This document shows positions 1 through 13,154 of a stretch of 64,000 bases of DNA, one piece after another. The translations under genes and the position numbers were made by a program. The stretch covers positions 57,350,001-57,414,000 of the forward strand of contig OZ024746.1 in NCBI GenBank assembly GCA_964016885.1. Direction: 5' to 3'. The notes under the pieces were generated by a model, which saw only the letters and a program-made list of their open reading frames with translations, was not told the origin of the DNA and did no database searches. Source of the DNA: Eledone cirrhosa (Eukaryota). Numbering within the stretch: the stretch's first letter is position 1; each line of letters opens with the position of its first letter.

Positions 1-10
1 TATATATATA

Positions 11-55
<45 letters not shown>

Positions 56-799
56 TCACAGACACACGTTCACACACACACACATATATATGAAGTGACG
101 AGGAGAATATATGTATGCATTTGTGTGTAAATATTTCATAAGGACTTTTGGACTCACTCCTGTATTGTACATATAAATAATATGTATGTGTGAGTTTATG
201 TGAGTACACATTTTACATTGTGTATGACTGCTTTTATGGTATATGAACATATTGCTGTGTGTTAAGTTTCTCAGACCTCAGAAGTCAACGCTTTGTTAGA
301 GGCAGCCGTTACTACCGTGAGATCTATCTCACTTAGTTTTAATTGGTAACGAAGCCATTTGGCATAATAGATGTTTGATTGGCAGGGCTATTCTGCTATA
401 AACGGTTTACATGTGGTTGAGCTCGATACGGCCACAACATACAATGGTTAGTTGTCATATATGTGGTCTCCCACCGTACCAACATGCAACACTTCAATAT
501 ATCTAGCAAGGTATATCTATATGTATGCCTTGAGAATGAGATTAGTAATCAGTATCTAACGAGGAAGCCTCTAAATAATGATTATTGCCGCATCATATTC
601 TGAACGATTTGGGGTTGATAATAACTTCAGTGTGAAATTTGGTGGGGTAAAACTACGAGGACGCCCTTCATATATATATATATATCCCGAGTCGCAGAGC
701 GGAGAAGACAACTCTGAGTTACAGGCAGCTTTTACTCGGTCGTCTATAATTCGTTGAATTGTGTGTCTTTGTCTCTCGTAATTCAACGGGTCACAAGAG

Positions 800-1500
800 G
801 AGTTTTTGATAAATACATATCATTGTTACCCCACCATGATCGAAATCTAATGACTAACAACAGAAAGGAATAAAATAGCAAAACTTTGATTTGTCACTCT
901 TATTAAATCTTCTGCGAAAGACATTAATAACAGCCAGCCACACTAAGCATTGATGTCCAGGAATCGCACGTCCATTGGAAGTTGTACCTTCGTCGGTCCC
1001 GACGATGAGTGTTCTGGTTATTTTATTCGTGGACAGTAGAGCCTGTTGTTGAAATTAACGTGCTAGGGACTGGACATTCCATAGACTAATATATATATAA
1101 TGTAGTTCTTGGTCTAACACTGCTTGACATTCTGGATACTATATTGTTCAATCAATCTTGTTATATAGTGTAGGAAGTTGAATATTCCACAATCACATGC
1201 ACCATTTAACTTGTTCTTAGAGATATTCAGTGTCAAGCAGGGTGCGACAAGACTGGCACTTTGGTTTACTGGTATACCTCAACATTTTTCCCGCTGAGAA
1301 TATTTTAACAACTTACAATATTATTCAAGGACACAGCGAGCTTGCTCAAACTAACAATCTTATGATCATGAAGCAAACATCCCTGCAACTAAGCCACGTG
1401 CCTTCATATCTGTATGAGATTCATAATTACTATGTAACCCATTAAGATTGTGTGTAGTGGGCTGTCTTCGTTGAAGAAAAGAAGTTTTTAATATAATATA
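800..1500 (-). mobile_element. Highly decayed Gypsy-like LTR retrotransposon integrase remnant
   Basis: Minus-strand fragments TAHYTQS/NG (cf. TTAYHPQxNG) and HRRDRRRYNFQ (cf. VRxDxxRxPLQ); many stops and frameshifts. Confidence 0.25.
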
Positions 1501-1977
1501 TGATGTGGTTGTTTAGTAAACAGTGTGGGCTTATGACAATATTTACACCGGTAAGGAAAGACTGTATAACATTACATCTTCCGCATGATTCACTGATGCT
1601 TGGCGAGTGTGATATTTGGAGGATTTCTTCAAGAAAGACGTATTAATTTTATTTACTTTAAAACAAGAACAATATTGAAAACCACTCTCGATCTTTTAGT
1701 TAAGCTATAGAGCAGCAAAATTGTAAACTTATTAGATTATCGATTATTTCTGTTGCCATCAACTATTTCTGGCTTTGTTATAACAAATTTATATCGAAAT
1801 CCAATCAGATACTACATGGTTATCTCTTTCTCTAACAAATAAGGAAGACATCAGATATTGTTCAGAGCGAATTCGTCGGTAAACAAATATACGACTAGAT
1901 TAATGTTACTGTGTACACGTCGAGATTCGATCCAGTACTGCCTGAAATAAACCAGGTACACAAATAAAAGCCGTGTC

Positions 1978-2029
<52 letters not shown>

Positions 2030-2794
2030 TATCAGATTCAGTGTTTTCCTACCTTTAATGCCTAGAGCTGTCGGTTTACACAAGTAGAAAGTTCTGATAG
2101 AAAAAGAACATAAAAGTGATATTAGAAGAGATATAACATATGTCGTGTTGTAAATGTTAACTATATAATGTTATAGTACATACGCCACATCCATTATCAC
2201 CCACACCAGTATCTCTATAACCTAGCACGTGGCTATTTCTGTATTCACTTTGTTTGTTCTTCATGAGTGCTTCTACACCAGAAGGTCAATACCATAAGGT
2301 CTATATCACACGCTTCTTCACACATATATATATATACACAGATACACAAACATACACACACACACATACACACATACACACACATACATGTATATATATA
2401 TATATTATCTGTTTGAGATTCTGTTGTACACAATGAGAGATATATATGATATATCTGTTTGTGTGTCTATGAATGCGGCTGGTATCTTTTTAACTGAACA
2501 CATGTATGAAAGCGTCTCTCTCTCTCTCTATATACATATATATAAATACAAATTTTAGTACACCATTAACGAAGCTTTTAGCTGAGGCCAAGCTAACGAA
2601 TGCAGCTTAGCACTCGATGGAGAATAATACCCCAGAGTTATAACAATACGTTTAGACAGCTTTGCAAATCAAATATAGCGACCGTCAGTCTAGCCGCATT
2701 GCCATAGCAACGAAAAAAACTGAACTCAGGGAAAGATTTTGACATATATATATACATATTTGCGTGTGTATGTGCCTGTGCGTGTGTGTATATG

Positions 2795-2885
<91 letters not shown>

Positions 2886-3511
2886 GCATAAATATACATA
2901 TGTATATATATATATGCATGTATATATACATGTGTGTGCGCGGGTGTGAGTGTGTGATTGTGTAAGTTCCTGCGTGAGTGAATATGTTTGCGAGTACATG
3001 TCTGATTATATTACGATTTAAATGGGATATCTATTGTCATATATACTTTTCATTTATATACATTCAGTGAGATCTAAAAAATAAACAAAAATTACTCAAA
3101 CTGAGTTTAAATATCGCACATAATTTTACAATATTTATATAAATCGGTATAATCGTGTAATTATACTAGCTTAATTAAAACAATAATTATTTCTCAATAA
3201 TTGGATGCAATAATTAATTGGATACGTTCATATTGTTGTATAGTCATCATCATCATACTCTATCGATTAAGAACTGCAATTGTGTTGAGCAGAATCATGG
3301 TCTTGAATGACACTCATTAATATTACACGTAAGCTCATTACGCAACGGTGATGCAAATATGGGTGATTGGTAATGTGAGGTTGGAAATGCTGTAAAACAT
3401 TCTCTCCAATTCTTTTGTCACATGTAATATTACATTTCTCTTCATACTCATCAATCTATTTCTGTATGTCTGTCTTTTTCTCTGTCTGTCAGGCTCCCTC
3501 TCTATTCTCTC

Positions 3512-3576
<65 letters not shown>

Positions 3577-3603
3577 GGTTACACAACAGTTAGTTCACCA
3601 TAC

Positions 3604-3641
3604 CGAGAACAATTGTTTCACCTTAGCGAATCCTCAGCTCG
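3604..3641 (-). ncRNA. Minimal type I hammerhead ribozyme motif
   Basis: CGAG-CUGAGGA-uucgcuaaggu-GAAA-CAAUUG-UU-CUCG; stem I CGAG/CUCG; palindromic stem III; weak stem II. Confidence 0.7.
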
Positions 3642-3834
3642 TAATGAGTATGGTTATAGGAACAGGAAGTACAACCGTACAAACGCGCATGCGCAGAAAC
3701 CGGTCACTTCACACAGGAAATACTCGAATGCGTGCGAGAGGTGTAAGGGAGATAACTGCGAAAGTCCGAAAAGTTTTTAGTTGATAAAAAAATTACAATG
3801 ATTCAATCTGGAGCTTTGTAGTTATGCAATAGGT

Positions 3835-4588
3835 ATTTGGTGACGTGTGGACAACGTGTGAAACATTCCTTTTTCGTGTTTAGGCAATCACTATTGCATA
3901 ATCTCTTTAGAATAGTTATTCGAGCGTCAATACATAAGCCACACGACGGATTTCCCTTTGCGTATGGCTTGGAGTTAGTGATGACTTTCCATTGAATGGA
4001 GTAATCTATACCTGAGTCCTTGAGGGACCATACGTGGCTCGCGAGTTTCGTGGATGAACGTCTGTCCGAGTACCTAAAGGTCGACTGGTGGTTCAGGAAA
4101 CGTTCCTTAAATCGGCCCTCCGCTATGCCTACATAGGATTTGACAACCTCTGGTTGGTTTGGTGGTTGGAAGTGACCAGAGCTTCATACATTACAGCTGG
4201 TGTGTTGCATTGCTGTTGAAGGGGGAAAGTTTCGGGCTTACTGCAAGATCACCCTGGTGGGATGTTGATCCTAGGGCTGCTGATGATGTGGGCCTTCGTG
4301 TTCTTAGCGCAGGAGTGTCCTAGTTTAAATTTGTGTCGGTTAAAGATGGAGCGGTATTTATGACCTATGGGAAAGTGTCTATCTAAGAGGGCTAGAATTT
4401 GTTTCCTACATTGGTTTTAACGTTGAGTGAGAAGGAAAGCGAGAACCAGATAGTTTGTCTATTGTTGCGCTTACTTTTCCTAATGCTGTTGTTGATAGTG
4501 GGAGAGTTAGTCATAGGTTGTAAGAAACCGCTGTTATCTAACGCCGTGTTATAGTAGGGTGTCACCCTGTCAAAGAGAGACTTATTGA
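3835..4588 (-). pseudogene. PLE RT C-terminal region plus GIY-YIG endonuclease, frameshifted
   Basis: Translates to RQTIWFSLSFSLNVKTNVGNKF..LLDRHFPIGHKYRSIFNRH and SYVGIAEGRFKERFLNHQSTF..SHVWSLKD..CGLC, typical PLE motifs. Confidence 0.85.
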
Positions 4589-4781
4589 ACCTATTGCATA
4601 ACTACAAAGCTCCGGATTGAATAATTGTAATTTGTTTATCAACTAAAAACTTTTCGGACTTTCGCAGTTATCTCCCTTACACCTCTCGCACGCATTCGAG
4701 TATTGCCTGTGTGAAGTGACCGATTTCTGCGCATGCACGTTCGTACGGTTGTCCTTCCTGTTCCTGTAACCATGCCCATTA

Positions 4782-4819
4782 CGAGCTGAGGATCCGCTAA
4801 GGTGAAACAACTGTTCTCG
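4782..4819 (+). ncRNA. Minimal type I hammerhead ribozyme motif
   Basis: CGAG-CUGAGGA-uccgcuaaggu-GAAA-CAACUG-UU-CUCG. Confidence 0.7.
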
Positions 4820-4914
4820 GTATGGTGAACTAACTGTTGTGTAATCACTTCTAACTAACTTGTCCCATGGACTGAGTTCTCTACCACTACGGATATTACC
4901 TTCCAGTGTTCTAC

Positions 4915-4968
<54 letters not shown>

Positions 4969-5059
4969 GATGTATGATATAGACGTATGTTAATATTGTC
5001 TAGGATCCTGAAACCTTTGGTAATGGAGTAGTTATATATATATATATATAGATGCACAT

Positions 5060-5120
<61 letters not shown>

Positions 5121-5121
<1 letters not shown>

Positions 5122-5445
5122 GTGTGTATAATGGTAGCTATGGTGCTTCCATAGGCGGTATGCCAAAATTATCACTCAATATTCATACAGAGCAGAGTGT
5201 GGATAGTATAAAAATACGAAAAATCAGTGATGCATCTGGACTCAGTTTATTGCTTGTTACAATTGTTTCGCCGGCAGGTAGCTCGAGACATGATCACTGT
5301 ATGGATCTGGCTGATTCTACGGCTGCAGGTTCCTTCGGACACGGGCAGTTCGTTCGGATCAAATTTTCTCACTGCCGGCGAAACAATTGTAACACGCAAT
5401 AAACTGAGTCCAGATGCATCACTGATTTTTCGTTTTTTTATCCTA
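5121..5445. mobile_element. Fold-back PLE-type pseudo-LTR unit in (TA)n
   Basis: About 5200-5277 is the reverse complement of about 5372-5443; each arm carries GGC-GAAA-CAAUUG-UA (HHR 3' half) followed by AATAAA; left arm has extra tail. Confidence 0.7.
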
Positions 5446-6979
5446 TATATATATATAAATTATGTCTCTCTGTGTGGCTGTCAGTCTCCCTTCCAATATA
5501 TATATGTATGGCAAATAAATTTCAAGTTTTTGTAGAGTGTATCCATTTATTGTAATGTAGCGTGGCGGTGCATTTATAAAAGTGATAACGCAATTTACCG
5601 ACTTTGTTGTGTTCGATTTATTCAATTGAACTATGTACCACTAATATTTAATAATATCAGTGGGTGCTGCCAACTAAGAGAAATCAGTCCAATATAGCTA
5701 ATCCACAGGTTAATAGAAAAACAAGACATATATAATGATATTCCGTGAATCAATTATTGAATACTGGAAAGTCTTACACGTGTTTCCATGTGTTGTGTGT
5801 CAGGCTGGGAAATCTACATTATTACCAAATCCATTATTCCACTGCTCGAGTTTATTAACCGTATATCTTCAGAGAACAACCAAGAAAATATTATACTAAA
5901 AGTTCGAAGTCCTCCTCATATAGAATGTTCTACTTACGTACCCAGATATATATCCACCGATAAACACATATACAATTATATCTGCACCTTTTTTAAAGAA
6001 CGAGTATATACAAATCCATTTGTACATGTAGCCAGGCATATAAACACACATTAACTACGTTTATTAACCAATATCAATGTTAGTTGAGATGGTCTGTATG
6101 CTTGAGATTAGTCAATAAGTGGCACGCATATATAGTTAGATATCTGGTTTGTGGTAAAGTTTACAGCAACAATGCTAACATTAGGGGTAGTAACTTGTGC
6201 AGTACGGTATGTGGTAGGTGGATAGCAAATTGTTTGGCAGTTGTCCAATAACTAGTGACAAAAGAAAAAAGCAGTAAAAAAATTAGCCAAACAATAAAGT
6301 ATTCAACTAGGGTAGAAAATGAAAAGCTATATGTAGGGAGAAGTGGTATACATCAGTGTTAAATGAGAGAATCTATAGGCTTTGAAGTGTAGAAGATAGT
6401 GGAATGAGTAATGGGGACGAAAAATAGGGTTTCATATATATGTCTGCTTGCGATACTGTGAAAGCCAGGGATGCTGGAGAATGGATCTGGAGAGATATAT
6501 GACTGTGATAAGGACGAATTTCATGAGGGAGTGCGTAATGAAGATGTTCAGACGTATGTGTAGTTGTTGTAGCTACATTAGATGTGAGGTTGGATTTTAA
6601 GGGATCGAATTATGCACTGTGTGTTTTGCGGTAATACATGTGCAGTAGTTTATGCTAGATGTATGAGTGTGCCGAATGAGTTTAGATTGTATAAGGTTGT
6701 ATAAGCTTGAGCTTTACTAATAGGTGTGAATATTACCTAAATTCTAATGTTATTTATGTTATACAAAATGTACTAGCGATAGTGTGTGTATAGCAGTAAA
6801 ATATGTTTATCATCAATGTTCGATGTGTATGTGCATATATTAATGTTTTATGGCTGTCGTTTATTGTGTAATTATGAGAAGATTTATTCATGGGATTCTT
6901 AGTAAATGTACAGATATGTGCTAACATGGATTGCATGTGGGGTAAATGTTTAAGGATATATATTGTTAATGAAGATTGG

Positions 6980-7073
6980 TTGTATCTTGAGTTTAATAGT
7001 TCCTTTCGAGTCATGATGTAAAGCACAGTTTCTGAGGAAATTTTAAAATCTCAAATTGTCTCCTTGATGTATA

Positions 7074-7162
<89 letters not shown>

Positions 7163-7254
7163 GGACGACAGACGACAATTTGAGAATTTAAACTTTGCTA
7201 AGAAAATGTGCTTTAAATCATGAGTCGAAGGGAACTATTAAACTCAAGATACAA
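6980..7254. repeat. About 90-bp inverted repeat centred on a (TA)n tract
   Basis: ttgtatcttgagtttaatagttcc...tgatgta (6980-7071) vs tacatcag...ggaactattaaactcaagatacaa (7155-7254). Confidence 0.8.
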
Positions 7255-7745
7255 TTAGCAATGCATGTTTGTAGAAGCTTTTAAGTCTCTGTATTAAGAG
7301 GGCCGAATGATCTCGTGTTTACCCTTGTTGTAAAGTATTATTTGAATGGCGCGACTTACAGGGCACCTGTTTTACAATATCTCAACGGCTGAAGCTTCGC
7401 ATGGTTAATCTAATTGGAAATGCCAACCTTATATCAGAATAAGAAACAGAAATTAACACAGGGATACAAGATAGGTGGAAACAATGATAGTAACTGCCAT
7501 GCTTAAATCTTTGAGAAATTGTAAAAGGTGTTCACAATCTCATACCAATTATATTGTATTGCTACGCGGTACACCAATAAGACAGATTTATGACCATTCC
7601 TATCCTGAGCGTGGAGACCTAAATGTTAATAAACATATTGATTTAGAAACGCTAATATACATACACACACACACATATACACACACATACACACACATAT
7701 ATATATAGATGGACGTTGGACGTTAAACGAAGATGATGATGATGA

Positions 7746-7894
<149 letters not shown>

Positions 7895-8214
7895 TATATA
7901 AATATTTGCTCTACAGTTCTTATATATTTGATATATATTTATCCTTATCGAGCCCTCTTTGGATTTTAGTCTTCAAATTTATTATTATTACTATATATAT
8001 ATATATTTCGTTTCTGAATTTATTTAACAAGATTCTTTATGTGAAAACGTGTGTTGAAACCGATATTGTTATACTTGGGAGGGTCATGTTGCCAATAAGA
8101 AACACACGCAACAGTTGCTTCAGTTCAATTTATTATAATAAATTTATAAATTTAGGAATTTATAAATTTCCTGTTGGTTGGTTGGTTCCACAACCAGATG
8201 GTTGTTTATATATT

Positions 8215-8257
8215 GTAAAAGTTATTTCGTCACACATTATGTGACCTCTTCAGTGAA
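8215..8257 (-). ncRNA. Hammerhead ribozyme motif in PLE pseudo-LTR (degenerate copy)
   Basis: UUCA-CUGAAGA-gGUCACAuaaugUGUGAC-GAAA-uaac-UU-UUAC; stems I and III carry mismatches relative to the 11862 copy. Confidence 0.6.
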
Positions 8258-8382
8258 TGGGGATTATTTTCTTTGTTTTTTGTGCCTCTCCTTTGTTTTG
8301 TCCTACGCCATCTTGTTTTTGTTTGTATGTTGTGTGTTTAGTTTGCGGATGTGTTACATCCGGGTGTCTGTGTGTGTTTATA

Positions 8383-10800
8383 TTCGGGTTGCACATGCGG
8401 GACACGTTTCTCATCACCGGTACCAAATCCGCAGCCAGTATGTTGATTTTGTTATGGTCCGAAACAGCTGAGTTTCGGTAGATCAGATATTTGGAAGTCA
8501 TGGGTTTGGCATAATGGGAATGGAGGATTTGTTTTTTGTTATTAATGGTATCTAACCAGAGCTCGGTGTCTAGTACAGGTAATCGATGGTTGGGGTGTTT
8601 GCTTGGGTAGTCTATAGTAACTCTAATACTCTGGTGGATGGAGTTAGCTATTTGCTGGATGCTTTCCATTGTGTTTTTCTCTAATTCTTGACTGTTCTAT
8701 AGTGGAGGTGTGTTAACTACGATGTTTATATCATCAACGTAGCGGGAGTACATTATCAGGGTTAAGGGCTTTTCTAATTGTTCTTTAAGTTTAAGTTTAT
8801 GTCTACTGTCCCACCATACCATGAATAGGTTAGCTATGTCGCCTGCAATGCTAACACCAATGGCTGCTCCCTCCTCTTGGGCATATGTTTTTCCATTAAA
8901 GTTGAGCATATGTTCCTTAAGGGTTAATTTTATGCTGGCCCCCACCGCGTGTGCAATCATTTTCTTTAGTTCATCTTGGTTTTCGGTGGTCCGTATGTCT
9001 CTGGTCCACCCGTTCCATCTATCTGTGTGGGTTTTCTTGGCCATTGAAGTAATGGTAGGTGGTCTGACTCGTTCTGGTCTTGTAGGGCACAGGTTGCTAA
9101 GATCATATGTGACTAGATAATTATTACTATAGGTAAGTTTAAGTAGGAGTCCCAGCTCACTGGTATCAATCACACAGAATTCAACATTGCTCTCACTGAT
9201 CATTTCTACGCATTTCTCCACAACAAAATCCACGTCAATAGATGGATACAGAGACACAACATCAATACTACTTATTATGCAGTTTGTTAGGTCCATAGAT
9301 CGGTTACTCTCGCCGATTCTGCTGAGGAGGTCCTCCGTGCTGTCACATACATCTGGGGACATTTCAATGATGGGGCGTATGATCAGGGAGAGGAAGTAGG
9401 ACAGTCTGTAGTTACTAGCAATGTTAGTTCCACAGACTGGCCGTGTTGGTGGTCCTGTGACAGGGTCACTGCTGGTTTTATGGTCTTTTCGAAGCCCATA
9501 CAACGCTGGCACGTCATTGTTCCAGGCCTGCAAGTTGTTGGCAGTCCTTTTGTTGGGCTGCATTATATTTGTCCACATCATCATAAGGGCATTGAGGGCT
9601 TTTTCTCTATCCGCATGTACTTGTGGTGTTACTTCTCTTGTGTTATTGATGTGGGGTTGCATTGCCTGGATGTAGTTTGGCAGACTGTCAACCGACATTC
9701 TGCCAGATTTGTCTGTTGGAAAGCATGCTATCTCTCCATTACGCGTGCGCTGCATGAGCTTACGGAAGCCATTTGTAGATTTTCCTCCCAGTTGCTGGGC
9801 TCCATTCTATTATGTTTCTTGCTATACTGTTCTATAATATTTCTAAGATTAGATCTACATTTACTAAATTGTGCTTCTGTTTGTTCATCGATCTGCGATG
9901 GCAATTGCGTGCGTTTGTTAAAAGCTAAAGTCGTGGCGTGAACTCTTCGCAGGTCGAACGACTTATCGAAGGGATTATAACAAGTAGACTTCCAGGCTGC
10001 TGCTTTATGTGCACTAGTGCTATTGTTATTGTTAGTTGTGTTGTTTCTATTTCTATTTCCACCAACAGCCTCATGGTTGTTTCTATGTCTCTCATTATTA
10101 CTCCTTTCTCCTTCCTCTGGCTCATTGCTATTATCTACTCTAGTTTGTGTGTCTGTGTGATCGTCTTGGTTATTTTCTCTGTCCATAGTCTCTCTTCTCC
10201 TTTCAATCCTATTACCTTCCCTTATTTCTGTGCTACTGCCATTACCTGTTGTCTGTGTCTGTGTGTTTATTAAGATTGTGGTGGTGGTGAGAAGCATTGA
10301 ATGTGTGTGTCTTGTTGTTGTTGTTGTTGTGGTGGATGTGTCCTGTTGTTTATGTGTGTTGTTGTTGTTGTCTCCGTGTATGTTATTATTGCTGTGTGTG
10401 TTTTTATTGTTGTTTGTGTCTGCGTGTCTGTTGTTGTTGTTTCTGAGTATGTTATTAGTGTTGATGTGTGTGTTGTTGTTATTGTTGTTTGTGTATGTGT
10501 GTCTGTTGTTATTGGGATGTGTGTTGTATATGTGTGTGTGTACGTATGTTGTTACTTTTGTTTTTGTTTTTGTTTTTGTTTTTGAGGCTCCAACGTAATT
10601 TTGTCAATTATTTTCCTATTTCTGACAAGCATTTAATCATATTTGCCTTATTAAATGTGGCATACATAGGTGGCAGCTGTAATACAGATAATTCATCAGA
10701 GTCGACCGTAGTGTTGCCGTATATATTTGTGTTGTTGTTGTTGAATTCATCTGTTAATGAGATGTCGGCCATATTTATACCGTCAATTTTGTCGCGATAT
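8383..10800 (-). pseudogene. PLE reverse transcriptase, 5'-truncated, GIY-YIG deleted
   Basis: DELSVLQLPP..KLRW N-terminal motif; PTDKSG, LYGLRKDHK, RPV, SIDVVSLYPSI, GAAIGVSIAGDIANLFM, YSRYVDDI, LPVLDTELW, HYAKPM; TAA stop near 10610, frameshift near 9790, TAG stop at 8697. Confidence 0.93.
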
Positions 10801-11659
10801 CAGCTGTTTCGGATCATACCAAAATCGACATACTGATTGCGGATTTGGTACGGCTGAGGAGAAACGTTCCCGCATGTGCAACCCCGAAGAACTAGAGAAA
10901 CACATACAACACTTCATCCACCGTATGCAGTTCTCTGGTAACAATCAGAGAGATAAAATCAGAGTGTATAGAGGAGCCAGAATCAAATGGGAAAAAATGG
11001 TAAATAATGACATAAATGGGACCTGCCTCTTGTATAGGAGCAAATTTTGGAATGGAATAGAAATAACTAGGAATAACGCTAATAGAATAAACTCATGGTA
11101 TGATAGCAATAAATACCAGAGTGTAATGTTCATCAATACAACCCCAAGAGGTGAATTAGCTTACAAATTTAGAAGGGCCCTAGATAAACATAAACTCAAT
11201 ATTAAGAAAGTAGAAATACCAGGTACCTCCATAAAAACACTTATTAGCAAGACATACCCTTTTCAAAGACCTCCCTGTATAGATAAGGAAGGTATAATCT
11301 GTAAATTAAGTCCCCATATTAACTGTAAAACTAGAAATGTAGTATATAGCATAAGATGTACTGAAGGACAATGTAGAGATAAAAATATAGTTTACATATG
11401 TGAGACAGCTCGTAGTATAGGGGAACGGATAAATGAACACTGGCGAGACCTTCAAGATAGTAAAGAATCATCTGTACTCTACCAACATGCTAAAATAGGA
11501 CATAAGGTTAAATTAGAGAACATAGACATAAAAATAGAATCTTCACACAGAAAAGACGCAATGTTTAGACAAATCACAGAGGCAATAAATATAAATGAAT
11601 TACAACCAAAATTAAATAGAAAACATGAGTGGAACAGCAACATCACAACTTACAATTAA
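10800..11659 (+). CDS. PLE C-terminal fragment with GIY-YIG endonuclease (no RT); long open frame
   Basis: RMCNPEELEKHI..CKTRNVVYSIRC..YICETARSIGERINEH..RQITEAININELQPKLNRKHEW; homology to the left arm starts at about 10800. Confidence 0.88.
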
Positions 11660-11861
11660 GGACAAAATAAAAACACACACGCACATAGAACAAAGAACCA
11701 ACCAGTAACATGTAAATAAACAAATAAATAAACGAATATAAACACACACAGACACCCGGATGTAACACATGCGCAAACTAAGCACACAGCACACACACAC
11801 AAACAAGATGGCGTAGGACAGAACAAAGGAGAGGCACAAAAAACAAAGAAAATAACCCCCA

Positions 11862-11904
11862 GTCACTGAAGAGGTCACATAATGTGTGACGAAAGAACTT
11901 TGAC
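11862..11904 (+). ncRNA. Minimal type I hammerhead ribozyme motif in PLE pseudo-LTR
   Basis: GUCA-CUGAAGA-gGUCACAuaaugUGUGAC-GAAA-GAAC-UU-UGAC; 4-bp stem I, 6-bp stem II. Confidence 0.75.
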
Positions 11905-12216
11905 AATATATAAACAACCATCTGTTTGTGGAACCAACCAACCAACAGGAAATTTATAAATTCCTAAATTTATAAATTTATTATAATAAATTGAAGTGAA
12001 AGCAAAGGCTGCGTGTGTTTCTTATTGGCAACATGACCCTCCCAAAGTATAACAATATCGGTTTCAACACACGTTTTCACATAAAGAATCTTGTTAAACA
12101 AATTCAGAAACGAAATATATATATATATAGTAATAATAATAAATTTGAAGACTAAAATCCAAACAGGGCTCGATAAGGATAAATATATATCAAAAATATA
12201 AGAACCGTAGAGCAAA

Positions 12217-12269
<53 letters not shown>

Positions 12270-12273
<4 letters not shown>

Positions 12274-12466
12274 CGAAGGAAATGTGGTAAGGAACCAGGA
12301 GGACCATACCGCACCAAAGTACTCAATACTTGGGGTAGTAGAGTGGGTAATAGGAACCAGTAAGACCCCGAAGGCTGAGCTCAAGCTGTTTCGACGGCTA
12401 ATTCTGGTCCAGAATTAGCCGTCGAAACGGCTTGAGCTCAGCCTTCGGGGTCTTACTGGTTCCTAT
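12270..12466. mobile_element. Palindromic mini-element (fold-back pseudo-LTR) in (TA)n
   Basis: 58-bp inverted arms around ctgg-t-ccag plus about 80-nt tail; same family at 63145-63341 and 35265-35378. Confidence 0.85.
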
Positions 12467-12715
12467 CTATATATATATATCTTCATCATCATCTTCGTTT
12501 AACGTCCAACGTCCATCTATATATATATGAGTGTGTGTATGTGTGTGTATATGTGTGTGTGTATCTATGTATATTAGCGTTTCTAAATCTATATGTTTAT
12601 TAACATTAAGGTCTCCACGCTCAGGATAGGAATCGTCATATAACTGTCTTATTGGTGTACCGTGAAATCATTGGTGCGTGTGTTTCTTATTGGCAACATG
12701 ACCCTCCCAAAGTAT

Positions 12716-12757
<42 letters not shown>

Positions 12758-13045
12758 ATCAAAGGTATATTGCGTTAGAAAGTCAAAATACCCTCTTACA
12801 ATTAAATAGCCCAAGGAAAGAAATGTTTCCGGGCTAAAATATAATTGAATAATTGAATTCCGGGCTGTAATATAATTGAATATAAAAGGGAGTTAAACAC
12901 GGATATATAAATATATGTGTTCAAAACGTAAGTGACCAGATTCGCTAAGGTGAAAAAACCCAAAAAACTATCAATAATAGGGTTTGCCTTACGATTTCAA
13001 CACTTATATGTATATATCTGTGTTTATGTCTCTTTTATATTCAAT

Positions 13046-13109
<64 letters not shown>

Positions 13110-13154
13110 GAAAATAAAACAAAGAAGCCTTGAATACATCAAAAGTCTTTATTA

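Larger units (their letters stand above)
3571..4918 (-). mobile_element. Penelope-like element 3' fragment with inverted pseudo-LTR, inserted in (TA)n
   Basis: 3571-3834 is the reverse complement of 4589-4852; right arm has about 66 nt extra tail; (TA)n on both sides; interior encodes PLE C-terminus. Confidence 0.9.

Noticed and set aside
8383-10800. Selenocysteine recoding as reported for some Naiad PLEs
   Set aside because: The in-frame stops I see are TAA and TAG, not TGA, and there is a frameshift
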